The notes under the pieces are model-generated. The model had not been told where the DNA came from. It ran no database searches and saw nothing but the letters and a program-made list of their open reading frames with translations. Positions 1-12,820 of a stretch of 64,000 bases of DNA are shown here, in pieces. This DNA is from the human T2T-CHM13v2.0 reference genome, Homo sapiens: NCBI RefSeq assembly GCF_009914755.1, contig NC_060935.1. One strand, 5' to 3'. Within the stretch, counting starts at the first letter, position 1, and every line of letters starts with the position of its first letter. Both the position numbers and the translations under genes were made by a program.

Positions 1-149
1 TTGTTTATCACAAATAATGCCACAATGAATAGCCTTGTGCATAAGATGTATTTTGCTCACAGTGCATCTTTTATACGATTTCTGAGGAAAGAGATTGTTA
101 CTTCTTTGATGCTCATTTATATTTTTTTTCCATGGCTGCTTAGAAGTTT

Positions 150-810
150 TTTCTATTTTTGTTTCAGCAATTTTACCATGATATGCCTTGATGTGTTTAA
201 TTTGCTTGTGTTCATACTGCTCGGGGATAGAAATGCTTCTTGAATTTGTGATTTGATGGCATTTGTTGGTTTGGAAAATTGTCCATATCACATATTCAAG
301 TATTACTATGCTCATTCTATCCTATCTGGATCTCTAATTACCTTTATGTTTGACCTCACTGTATCCCCTATATCTCTTATGCTCTTTTTTTTGCGTTTTC
401 ATTCATCGATTTCTCTGTGCTTCATTCAGGATACTTACATCTGACCCACATTCTAGTTCATTAAATCTCTATTCAACCATGTCTAATATCCTTTTAAATC
501 CACCCACTGTGTTTTTAATTTGTTATTGCATTTTTTTAGTTTAAAAATTTCCAATGAATATTTTTTAATAATCTCTGGTTTGCTGTCCCAATTCTTAATT
601 TTTCTCTCATTTCCTTGAATAGATTAAGGATAGTTGTTTTAAAATGATGCTCAATAACTCTAAAATTTGGAGTTCCTGATGTGTTTCTGCTACTTATTAT
701 CCTGGATTTTATTTACAATATCTTTTCTCTGTGTGATTTGTTATTTGATAGAGTGCTATTCATTTTCCATGGAAAAATAGAGACATATTTTGAGATTCTG
801 GGTGACAACA
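150..810 (-). mobile_element. Old L1 (L1M/L1ME-type) ORF1-region fragment, antisense
   Basis: T-rich degraded sequence resembling antisense old-L1 ORF1 (e.g. 'tctatcctatctggatctctaattacctttatgtttgacc'); boundaries approximate. Confidence 0.55.
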
Positions 811-811
811 T

Positions 812-1227
812 TGTATTAGTCCATTTTCACACTGCTATGAAGATACTACCTGAGACTGGGCAATTTATAAACAATAGAGGTTTAATTGACTCATAATTCC
901 ACATGTCTGGGGAGGCCTCAGGAAACTTACAATCTTGGCAGGAGGGGAAGTGGAAGCAGGCGTCTCCTTCACACGGCTGTGGGGGAAGAGAGAGCGAGCG
1001 AGAGCGAGAGAGAGTGAGCGAGCATGCGAGTGAGCGTGCAAGCAAAGGAAGAACTGCCAAACACTTAAAGCCACCAGCTCTCATGAGAACTGACTCAATG
1101 TCACAAGAACAGCATGGCGGAAACTGTCCCTGTGATCCAGTCACCTCCCACCAAGTCCCTCCTTTGACACGTGAGGATTACAATTTGAGATGAGATTTGG
1201 GTGGGAATACAGAGCCAAACCATATCA
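812..1227 (-). mobile_element. MSTA/THE1-family MaLR solo LTR with internal GA/GAGC microsatellite (~985-1040)
   Basis: Termini TGTATTAGTCC...CCAAACCATATCA; typical 'gaggcctcaggaaacttacaatc' core; 5-bp TSD AACAT/ACCAT (1 mismatch). Confidence 0.9.
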
Positions 1228-3059
1228 ACCATCTTTCTCTATGTGGGATGTACATTTCCTTTGGTCAGGTAACTAGGGGTAGGTGTAAACTTGGATCACC
1301 TTAATATAACCTCAGGGCTCTGAGATGATTCAAAACCAGGTTTCAGTCACAACAGAGATTTATGTTTTTTTCTTACTCTGAGGTAAAGCCCTTCTGGTCT
1401 AAACCTAAATCCTGAAGAGTTTACCAGAATCCTTTCTACCTGGTGGACTGGGACTCCAAATTTACCACATGCCCCCTTGGGCCATTGTAAGTACTACTAT
1501 GTTTTTCAGTCTCTCAGCTACTTCCCATGGAACTGACAGCACCCTCAATTGTAGGGCTTCCTTCTCCACATTTCCTTCTCTTCCCTAACCTTGCTACTGT
1601 CATTTTTGTCTGCTTTGCTATTCTCACTGTGCCAAAAATTTAAAAACATTTTCTCCATATATTTCAGTTGTTCTTGGTGGCAGGATTGGTCTAGCCTGCC
1701 ATTAAGGAAAGCAGATGTGCTCTGACTTTTAAAAAAGAAAATACTCTAATTTGTGAAATTCTAACTGTAGTTTTGATATTCATTTCTTAAAGTTTTGATT
1801 TTTTATATCTGCCATCCCTACAGTGAAATTGCCCACTTCTCAAAGAAGTCTCCTGGAAGACTTTCTCATCAGTTCTAAGTGGCTGTGTGAGTTAAAAGCA
1901 TTGCTGTTTCGCTGAGGAGAAGTTGGTTGGAAGTCCTTTGTAGGTCTGTATTTGAAGACACATTTTAAGAATCTAGTGCCAAGCTACACACGTAAAATTT
2001 TTCTACCACTGTAAATGAAGCGTCTCATAATTAACTTATTGAAATTTTCTTCTATTTTAAATAAACGCAGATGAACCTGTCACTGTGACATACTTGATTA
2101 GTAGCTTTGTGAAGCTTAAAAAATTCTCATACATACCAAAGTTCCTCCAAAGGACATACCCATTACATTACCTGTACATCTGTGAATGGAACCATGCCCT
2201 ACCTTACTTTATTAGGTATTCTGTAATTGCGGAGGTAGCCAATTTTTCTACTTCTGTGTTATGTCTAAGCTAATTATTGTTTTTATGCTTGAGAAATATT
2301 GTCTGGGGCCATGCATTCATTCAACACAAGAGAATGAAATTGCTCAAGGCAAAGAGTAGAGAAATGCTAAGCCCATCAGACTGTATCCTGGCAAGGCTGT
2401 GGCTGGAGTTGGCTTCCAAGGTTGGATTGTTAACCTAAGCATTCCCACTGTCTCCCTTCTGTGCTCTGCATTCTTGATCTCTCTCTTTCTTTTAACGTCC
2501 ATTAATGTCTAGTGAAGATTTTATGTCTTAGAATAAGAATGGCATAAACTCCCAACTCTACTTCCAGCCAATTGAAGATGGCATTGACTGAATCAATTGT
2601 GAAGACTATGATGCCCCAAAGAGCAGAGCATGATATCTCATCAATGGTTCATCTGCTTATACAGAGCTCTGTTGATATGCACCCTGTTTCCCTTTGAACA
2701 GAGGAAAAAAGACTTGGAGAAAGTAGGCAGGCTGGGAGAAAAGGCATCAGTGGGGCAATCTGCTCACCCTCTTACCATTTTGTGTGTAATAGGGTACCTG
2801 GAGAAGCAGCTTTTTGCCAATAGCCCATCCAAGAGATCTGACCTCGGGGCAAGAAGACTCCAAGAGCCAAAAGCTGATGATTGCGCTCTAGTGGTATTAA
2901 GAGGGAATTAGGAGGTTTGGAAGAGGTTATGTTGAAATCAACTCTTCCACTTCTCTCTATATAGCAGGGAGGTCAGCTGAAGGGACTCTTCTTCCATATA
3001 TATGCCTTCTCCAGTCATGCCATTGGGTTGCCTGCCACCTAGAGGACATTAATGGCCAG

Positions 3060-3533
3060 TGCAGGAGAGAAAAGATTCCTTTCTCACTTATCACTAGATT
3101 CATGGCAAGAGAAACAAGATAAAAGCATAAAAAATTCATTTCATATAAATTTTATGTGACATGGAAGCCTTCAGAATTGAAGACCCCCCAAAACAAGGAA
3201 GCCTATGTATTTGTGATAGTCATCCAGAAGTATGATTGGAAAACAGAAGATTATGACTTAATGATAATAAACTGGGAAGAACTTAGTAATGCATGATTTC
3301 TTTTTCAGACGCTTTTTGGCATTTCTGTATATTAATTCATTTCCTCCAGGTATAGGGAAGATCACTCTGGAATGGGAGTTTTATGATATACTTTAGAGGA
3401 AGGTCAGATAATTATTTTATGGTCTAGAACAGGGGAGAACAGCAGGAAAAAGTCAGCAAGACCTTCCTGTTTCTGCTGTTTTCTCAAATATCAAGGTGCC
3501 AAATTGTAAGGTAGTGTGTCCTAAACCCTATCA
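3060..3533 (-). mobile_element. ERV1 solo LTR, MER31-like
   Basis: TG...CA termini; 4-bp TSD CCAG (3056-3059 / 3534-3537); the minus strand begins like the MER31-type start also seen at 32559. Confidence 0.7.
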
Positions 3534-6500
3534 CCAGTCAGTGTGAACATAGAGGACAATATCAGTATCTTGTGAAATAATGAACACATGCTCTTTTTTT
3601 CCTCATCTTTAAAATTTTGTATGAGACCAGAAAGGAGCCAAGTAAGGATGTTTTTTTAAAAGTCTTTGCTCGTGCTAATGAGCAGCTAGGGTTGAGAACT
3701 TCCAAAATTCTATAAAAAGGGGTAAAAGAAGTATTCCAGAAGCAGACTAAAATCTTTCCTGTACTTCAAGGTAGAGGTGAACAGGGAGAAATAAAGAACC
3801 ATGCCATGTCCCTTCACCAAATCAGGTCCCTCAAACCACAGGTCTGGCCAAGTCAGGGAATGTTTTAATCAGTCATATTTTAAATTGAACCTAAAATAAC
3901 TTGGAAGTCAATGTTTTCCGCACAAGGTATTATTGGGAGATCTACCACCAAGTCAGGAAGAGGGATTCGACACAGTACTAGTGGGGACACTGATTAGAGA
4001 AAAACGTAATAGCTTTATGTTTGAATACCTCTGAGAGCAAACCAGATATGGTAACCTAACCTCTAGCACAGAGGAAAATTCCATAATGAAATGCTGACAA
4101 ATTTTAATAGCTCAACTTGGGGAGCTTTATATGTTGTTTCCTCTGGAGTACCTTTCTCTCATCCCTGAAATATAAACTAATGAGTAACAGGAAAAAAAAA
4201 TTCAGGGACCTTCATACATTTTGCTTTGGGCATAATCTCTATAATGGGATTTAGTAAGATCTAATGATGTCAGATACCTTCTAAGAATGGGGTTCATTAA
4301 CTTTGCTGGAAGCCTTCCTTCATTTCCCAATGCCTCCTTTTACATTTGTAAAATAATTTGTACATCATCTGCCTTCCCTGTTCCACTACCATTTTTCTTT
4401 GGTTTTTGCATTCAGGTGAGGTACTTACAGTTCACAAATGTATTTCTCAAGACAGGATAAGAACAAAACATTAGCTCCCAGAGATTCCTTTATCAGCAGA
4501 AAACTTGGCACCCTTTGTCTAAAGAAAGCCTATCTTCTAGATGAGAGATATGTAATTATTCTTGCTCTAAATCCTTCACTCTTCTAAGATTACTTCTTAA
4601 ACCTCAACTGTCTCAGCATGGTTATGCATATTCACAATGGACTTTATAACCACTTGGGAATTTAAATTTCCTTTGCTAAGCCTCAATTTTTGTAAGCAGA
4701 TCCTCAGCTTTTACATCATTGCCAGGTTCTGTCTAAGGGTAATACTTCATTTTAATAAACTTTAATTGCTACATTAATCCAGTTCATTATCCATGTGAAT
4801 TGCCATTTACTGCTCTTTTAAAAATCTTTCCATCGGACTTTGTGTACACAGCCTGTACACAAAGGCAGCTGCTGAATTTGTTCAGATTATTACCATTTGG
4901 GATGTGCCATCCACCTTTTGTTCCCAAATTAATTAGGGAAGATGAAACTGCTACTTCACAATTGACAGAACTGGCGTCTATGCAGGAGATGCCTTTACAG
5001 AAAGTAGATCATTTACTCCCAGAATCGACAATCTAACGCAACGTCCTGTGTTTTCCAGGTCTGGTAGCGATCAATTATTCAAAGCCAATTGTTTATAGGG
5101 GATTATAGATCAACTCTTGATGATATTGCTCACACTATAAATTCTCTTTCTCCTCTGTATAGTAACTTTACAGACACTGGAGATGGGGAATGTCAGGCAA
5201 TTCTACCTGATTTGAAACATCCAAACTAAAAGCAGCTACACATCTGCCTACTGAAGGGGATGGCAAATTTGTCCACTGAAAGTCATTAAGGACAACCAGA
5301 TCTCTGAATGGGATTGTAAATTGCATTTTGGACAGCAATCCTTATGAGAATGAGAATATTCTGTTTAATGAAATTGATTAAAAATAAAGGTATCCAGAAA
5401 TAAAATAATGGAGAATAATAAAAGCTCCAGAGTAACAATTTTTTTCTTGAGTCATGTTTAAGGGATAGCCTTAATCAGAAACAATCAGAATCAGTGTTCA
5501 GAGAGCATTTTTCTCTTTAAAGACCAATAACCTCCTTAACCATCACAGTACTCTATTATCACTCAGGGTTTTAATAAGATGTCAGAGGATTCTAACCATG
5601 GTTCCTTAAGTTACTATGGCTAGCTCTTAAAATGTGTATGAAAATGTCATTTTATTGGCTCATAGCTTAGTTATAGAGATGAAATGCTAATCTCCTTTTC
5701 TCTTTCCTTCTCCTATTAAAAAAAAATCAGATCCAACCATGGGGGCTTGATGGATTATAATAGAAGGAGGACTGTAAGCCTGTGGAGGACAAGAAACAAT
5801 ACAAAAAGCAGGATAAGGCTATTGAAAAGAAAACAACTATTTTCCCATTTTTATTACATTGACTGTATCCTTCTAAAATCGAAAGCTTTCTTGATGGAGA
5901 AGCACTAATACATGATGATTCTAAAACTTTCACCCAGCCCCTGAGGAGGCAGCCTAAAGCTCAGCTGGTAATGTATGATCCTCTTTCATTTTTTCTTTAC
6001 ATTTTTTATCACGATTGACTTTCTTTCTCCTTTTCTCTTTCTGGTTGTAATATATTGTGCAATATCATCACCTAGCAATAAAGAACACCAAAGAAATCTA
6101 AGTGTTATGTAACTGGCTGGTTGGTTGGCATTATGTTGCCAGAGCTCAGCTCATTGTTACATATGGTAGAAGTTACATACATTTTATCTGCAAAAGACAT
6201 GAAAGGGGGACACTCAGTTTTTAATAAGTGCCGGGAACCCTGGGAAATGCATCAGCACTTGAAAACTGGGTAATAGCAAGAAAAGGCTTTGGACCAAAAA
6301 AGCAAAAACTCTTCACGGTGGTCTCATTCCAGGAGAAATGACTAATAGCTTGTTATTTACTATCTATTTGGAATGACAAAAAGTTTTTCCCTCTTTTCTC
6401 TGTCCAGGCAGTTGGTCATGGCTGTCTGAGTGCTGCTTTAAGAAAGGTGTTTGGGGAGGCCAGGGCTTAGCAAGGAATACTATCATAATTGGTTAGTGAT

Positions 6501-7000
6501 GTTTGTGATTGGCATCTGAAGAGAAGGAAGAAGTGTGTGTCAAGTGACTGCTACTAATAGATATCATGGCCTTAGCTTTCTTTCGTTTACCCATTCATCA
6601 ACTTTATAATTCTTAGTCCTAGCCCCTCCTGAGAGCAAAATGAATCCCTTATGTGTCTTAAGTCTCCCTGAAGCTCTACAAAGCATAAACATCCCAGATA
6701 CTGCAAAGGGAATATTCTAGAACATTGATAAGACTTGGAAGGCAGACCTAGGTTGAAAATCTTTTGGACATATGTAAACAGCTCATGGGAACAGTACAAC
6801 TGTAAAACTTGGGAGATGCACTAAAATGTAAAGAACAGAACCAAAAAGGATAGGGTATAGAAAAATGAGTATAGATGTTGGAAAGAAGTGAAGAATTTTG
6901 CTTAGGGTTGATGCTAATAAACATGGAAAGGAGGAGAAAAAAAATAAGGAAAAAATTCCATGTTAAGTCTATTCTTTTTATGAGAACAAGAATAACAAAT

Positions 7001-7376
<376 letters not shown>

Positions 7377-7799
7377 TTACATTAGGTTAGAGGCAAAGCA
7401 CATTTCTAATTGGATTCTGTCCACATCAAATGTCATCTAAACCTTAAGGGTTATTTATTAAATTCCTGACAGCTTGCATGTATCACATTGTTCTATTATT
7501 ACTCTAGAAGATGATAAAACTCTGGAAGTTTCTAATATTAAAACAAATCAATTTTCATAGTTTTTAAATCCTAGAAATCTCAGAATTTGTTTTCCTCTCA
7601 TATAGTATTAGTTTATACTTTTTATATCTATATCTATTTGATTATCTATACGAAGAGTAAGACCACTGTAGAAGAAAATAATGTGTTTAATAACAACCAT
7701 TATTTGTCCAAACTGTACTCAATTGGTTTTGAATAAAAAATAAGCTCTAATGCCTTAAGGTGACCATTATATGTAGTACAATGCACCTTGAATGACACT

Positions 7800-8297
7800 C
7801 TTTCTGCTTATCTTTGCTAACAACAAACCACTTGAAAACTTAGTAGCTTAAGACAGGAACATGTATTTCATCCATGAGTTTGCATTTGGCTAGTGCTCAG
7901 TAGAAACAACTTGTTCCTGCTCTACTCAGTCAGCTAGGGTGGCTCCAAGGGTGGAGGATAGAATAATCTTAAAGCCTTACTAGCTACTGGCGCTATGGCC
8001 AGATACATACACATGATTTTTTCATGGCTCCCTCACAGCATGGTGATTGAGTTCTAAGGGCAAACTTCCATGAGGACCAGGAAGTGAACTGGAGAATGTT
8101 GAAGAATTTTTTAACGACTTAGCCTTGGGAGATCACATAGCATCACTTCTGCTGTAGACACAGAGCCGCCCAGATTCAAATGGAGGGAATGTAATCCCCA
8201 TCTCTCAGTGGAGGAATGACAATGTCACATTGAAAGAAAAGCTAGTTGTGTGGGATATATAGGTACCTCTATCTTTAGAAAATAAAATATGCTATAG
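7800..8297 (-). mobile_element. MLT1 (G/H-like) MaLR LTR
   Basis: MLT1 motifs 'aaaccacttgaaaacttagtagcttaagac', 'catcacttctgctg' and 'cccagattcaaatggaggga'. Confidence 0.7.
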
Positions 8298-8929
8298 TAC
8301 TAATTATGTACCACCTTTGGGAAGATGGATAAAATAATCACTCAATTTTTTATTTTATTTTATTTTATGGCTCATACGAGGAATCCAAACTGAGAAAGGC
8401 TAAACCAAGTGATTTGGATATTGGCTAAAAGTGATAACACAATGCCTAACACTTAGCAGGGACTCAATAAATTCTTCTCCTCCCAGTTAATAAAGTCCTA
8501 TCATTTCTATGGTCTTACCAAGGATTTTGTGAAACCAAAGAACTGAAATTAAATTTTAGTTATGTTTTAGACCTACATTAATTTCCTCAAAAATCTTTTT
8601 TAATGTGCTAACGTTATTATGTCTGGGAAATAGTTCATTTATCATAGAATCTGACCTTATGGAATATGAAGTAGCATGGAGACATTGGCTTGTGTTTTAC
8701 AACTGAAAAATCGAATTGTCTCTTGGTGGATTAAGGCATAAGGCATTAGTTGGGAGATAATAGGGGAGAAACAGCTGCATAGTAATTTTAAAAAACCTAA
8801 CATTTCCAAGTTCTCATAGTTTATCAAGATGATATAACTGAATCTATATGGTGTTTATAGTCAAAATTACCTGGATTCAAAACTTGACTGGCATTTTGTA
8901 GTTATGACATTAAAAATAATCACAATAAT

Positions 8930-9510
8930 AGTAATAATAGTTAACATTTATAGAGTGTTCATTCCTAGCTAGATATTTTGCTAAGAACCTTGCATGTAAA
9001 ATCTAATTTATTTCTTTTAGTAATTCTAAGGTAGAAACTATGGTTATTCTCACTTATAGATGTTACATAGTAATGGAATTGGTATTTGAACCTATTCTGT
9101 TTCATACAAACTTACCTGCCATGCAAGTTCCTCAAATTTCTTGAGTGTCCTTATCTATACAATTAGGATATCATTATTAAAGAAATATAAATGAGATCAT
9201 GTATATGAAAATTATAGTACATAGTAAACACTTTATTGTTAATTTTATTTTCTCTTTAGGGACAAAGGAGTCAGTCATAGCCTGGGTGGCCTAGGTACTA
9301 ACTCTAGCTACTTAATTTATGTTTGTGTCTTTTATAGTTATAGATAGCCAGGGTTGAGAGAGGACTTAGATATCACTTTTTACCACCTGTTTTGAAGCTG
9401 AAGAAACCTGAGGTTTGGATGGTCAAATGAATTAACCAGAGTCATAGAGCTAGCACATGGCAGAGCTGAGATCTAACTCTAACACTAGTGCTCTGGTAGT
9501 ATATAATGCT
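8930..9510. mobile_element. Cluster of MIR fragments in both orientations
   Basis: MIR core motifs 'taacatttatagagtg', 'aaatgagatcatgtat' and 'gaagaaacctgagg'. Confidence 0.55.
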
Positions 9511-10487
9511 GCCCTCTCATTTCTTTGACAAGTAATTATATTGTAAGAACACAAAAAAAAGCTAATAAAACATGAAACTTGCCAATACTTTGTTTTATAT
9601 TGATGTTTTTATAATTAAATTTAGTGTTTTATTAAATGCTTATTAGTAATGCATATTTATAAATATTTCCAAATGCCTAAAACTGAAATTTCATGCCATC
9701 CTCAATGATTGTCAAGTTACTAGGCAGTAACTCACCCCGCTAGGGTTAATTATTACACCTAGTAACATTCATGCTGAAAACTCCTGCTTAGACTAATTAC
9801 TCTCATAAATCTCTTTAGAGAAGTGTAAAATTCTCATTACTTAAATGATAAAACAACTAATCTACTAATCTTTGCTCCTTGTCCCTTCGAGATAATAAGA
9901 TTGCCAAGACTGCTAGAGTTGAAGGATGTTTTAAGGTAATTAAAAATGTTGAAAGAACCGAGGGCCTAAAGAGCTCACAATGATGTCTGGAAACTGAGGG
10001 AGAGCAGAAATTGTAGAATAAAAAGGAATGTGGAAAGTTCACCCTTAAATTTATAAAGGGATTCTTTTCCATTTTAACCTGATTTTTAAACTTTTATTGC
10101 GGAAGGAGGTCCTTGAATATGTGGTTAAATTTGCTATCATCTAAAACTACATTAAATGCTTAAATTTTTCATTCATTTATTTACTTATTCAACAAGTACA
10201 CATTGAAACTGAAGATAAAACTATCAACAGGACATCATCATTCACCTCATAGAGCTTGCAGTCCAGTAGTTACGGGTAAGTAAACAATTCAAATATTGTA
10301 TGACTTGAAAGGCTTTTTTAAGGTGGTGTGACTCCATTTCACTGTAGCATTTTTTAGCCACTGCCACTGCTGGTGACTCACAAGTACCACATGGCTTAGC
10401 AGAATCACCCAGCTCCAAAAAATGAGTTATTAACGTTTGGTACATCCCAAGTATCTATTTGTTCATTGAAACGACCATTTCAGAGGT

Positions 10488-11365
10488 ACATCAGTCTGGG
10501 TCCAAGCAGGAGAGAGAAACCACACTTGTTATTAGAACAAAGAATGGATCTGGGCAACATAGTAAGACCCCATCTCTACAAAAAGTTAAAAAAAATTTAG
10601 CTGCACATGGTGGCATGCACTTGTAGTGCTAGCTACTCCAGAGGCTGAGATGGGAGGATCTCTTGAGCTCAGGAGTTCCATGTGGCAGTGAACTATGATT
10701 GTACCACTGTACTCTCTCAGCCTGGTTTGGCAGAGAGAGAGAGAGAGAGAGACCCTGTCTCAAAGAAAAAAAAAGAAAAAGAAAAAGAAAAAAAGAAAAG
10801 GAATGCCCTAAGTAGGTTGTAAGTAAGTTGTCAATACGTAACTAAAGTGGTGAAAAGTTAGGTGCTATAGAGTTGGCTACTGCAGGAAGCAGCTATGCTA
10901 CCACCCCTGGGGCTGAAAGAACACAGGTAACAGGTTAGAACTATGAACACTTTCAAACTTGAAGGAGGGACCCTGTGGGGTCCCAGATCTCCAAAGAGAG
11001 GGTATGGCTTTGTTGGTACTGGAGGTTTTGTGGGGAGGCATGATGAAGCTGGTTCTGTAAGTGTTGGAAAAAGGAAACACCAATTCAGTTATTACTAGGA
11101 ACTGTTGCTGCTGAGATGAAGAACATTCCTGAGGTGTTACTCACAGTAATGGGAAGACCACAGGAAACCAGGAGCACACAGAAAAGAACATGTTCTCTTT
11201 CCTTCTCCAGCCTTGCAGTCCTCCCCAGTCCCCCTACTGGCAGAGTCTAACAGGACTAGCTGGCAAAACAGAAATGTGGTTTTCTGAGTCCCAGCCCTCA
11301 TTGTGAAGCAAAGTAGTAGTCTTGAATGAGTTTGGAACCAAAAGGTGATGATTTCATAACTAAGG
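10488..11365. mobile_element. Ancient LTR (LTR78/LTR33-like) interrupted by an AluJ
   Basis: 'atcagtctgggtccaagcaggagagagaaaccacac' and 'ctactggcagagtctaacagg...gctggcaaaacagaaatgtggtt'; subfamily uncertain. Confidence 0.5.
10548..10800 (+). mobile_element. 5'-truncated AluJ with internal (GA)n expansion and GAAAA-patterned tail
   Basis: AluJ diagnostics 'tgggcaacatagtaagacccc', 'gaggatctcttgagc' and 'gaccctgtctc'. Confidence 0.9.
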
Positions 11366-11737
11366 CAAATGGGAAGCCAACAGAGTGGGCCCTGGACTCT
11401 GCTATCCTCAAAACCTCTTATCCAATGCCTGAGAAATACACCTTAAACTCCCTTCTGTGTAGTTCTGTGAGGATGAGTTCCCCTCCTATGTGGGGAAAAA
11501 GGCCACTAACAGGGAATCTATGTGAACATGTTTATCCTCTAGCCTTCATTATTCCCTCTCTGTTATGCAATAATACACACAATTATCTTAATATCTACAG
11601 ATGCATTTAAGATATCCTTCCTTTCTGGCCTCTTGGCCAATATCTCTTCATGGAAAAATTGTATAATATTTGGAGATGTTTCCAGACTCTACTGACTCCT
11701 TTGGTTTTGCCAACAGCATGGTAAGAGTTATTGTAGG

Positions 11738-12151
11738 TGATATGGTTTGAATCTGTGTCCCTGCCCAAATCTAAAGTTTAACTGTCATCCCCAATGTTGG
11801 AGGTGGAGCCTGATGGGAAGTGATTGGATCATGGGGGCAGAGTTCTCACGAATGGTGTAGCACTATCCCCTTGGTGCTGTTCTTATGATAGTGAGTGAGT
11901 TATCATAAGATCTCATTGTTTTAAAAGTGTGTAGCATCTCCCCTCGCCTTTCTCTTGCTCCAGCCATGTGAAGTGCTTGCTCCCTCTTCACCTTCTGCCA
12001 TGATTGAAAGTTCCCTGAGGCCTCACCAGATGCTGATACTGCCAGGCTTCCTGTACAGCCTGTGGAACCATAATCCAATTAAACATCTTTACTTTATAAA
12101 TTACCCAGTCTCAGGTATTTATTTATAGGAATGTGAGAATGGACTAATACA
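11738..12151 (+). mobile_element. MSTA/MSTB MaLR solo LTR
   Basis: TGATATGGTTTG...GGACTAATACA termini; perfect 5-bp TSD GTAGG. Confidence 0.92.
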
Positions 12152-12820
12152 GTAGGGATACATAGTACCTTTCCTTTCTACTAAGGGAGCCTCCAAAATG
12201 ACTTTTTGCACAGTATTGAGTAAGAAATTGGTCAGCTGCTGGCTGTTTTCTTTGGGAGAGATACAGTTCTGGGAATTAACTGGGATAGCTAAGAATGTAA
12301 TTTTTAGAAGGAAGGATGAAAATAATGAATTAGGCTCAGAGAATGGCATAGAATGGTTCTTTAGGGGAAAATACAGACATTGTAGAGCAATGGTTTGCAT
12401 TCATCTTTTTAAACTTTTATTTTTAATACTAAAATGTTGGTGGGTACACTCAAGAGATCAAAATATTAAAGTACTCCAATACCACACATCAATAATCACA
12501 ACTCTACAACTTCATAGCAGTGTTTCAAAATGTTTACAAAAGCATTTATAGTAAACCCGCTAGTTATGAATTGGCCCTTCAGCATCATGTAACTATTTAG
12601 GTAAAATTATTTACTGCCTTGAGCACACTCTATTATATTTTCCTGTATACTTCAGATAACTCGCCGCCTTCCCTTGGTGCCAGCTGGCTGCTATGCCACA
12701 CTTCTAATCTAGTCATGTTAGGTTGTACCTTGCTTTACCTGCATTGCAGGTGGCATTCAGGCTAATGCTCCAGCTCACAGGCATCACCATTAGAGTTGTT
12801 TCCAAACATAAGACAGAGTC

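Noticed and set aside
827-1193. ORFs with RE/SL low-complexity runs
   Set aside because: They are translations of an MSTA LTR and its microsatellite.
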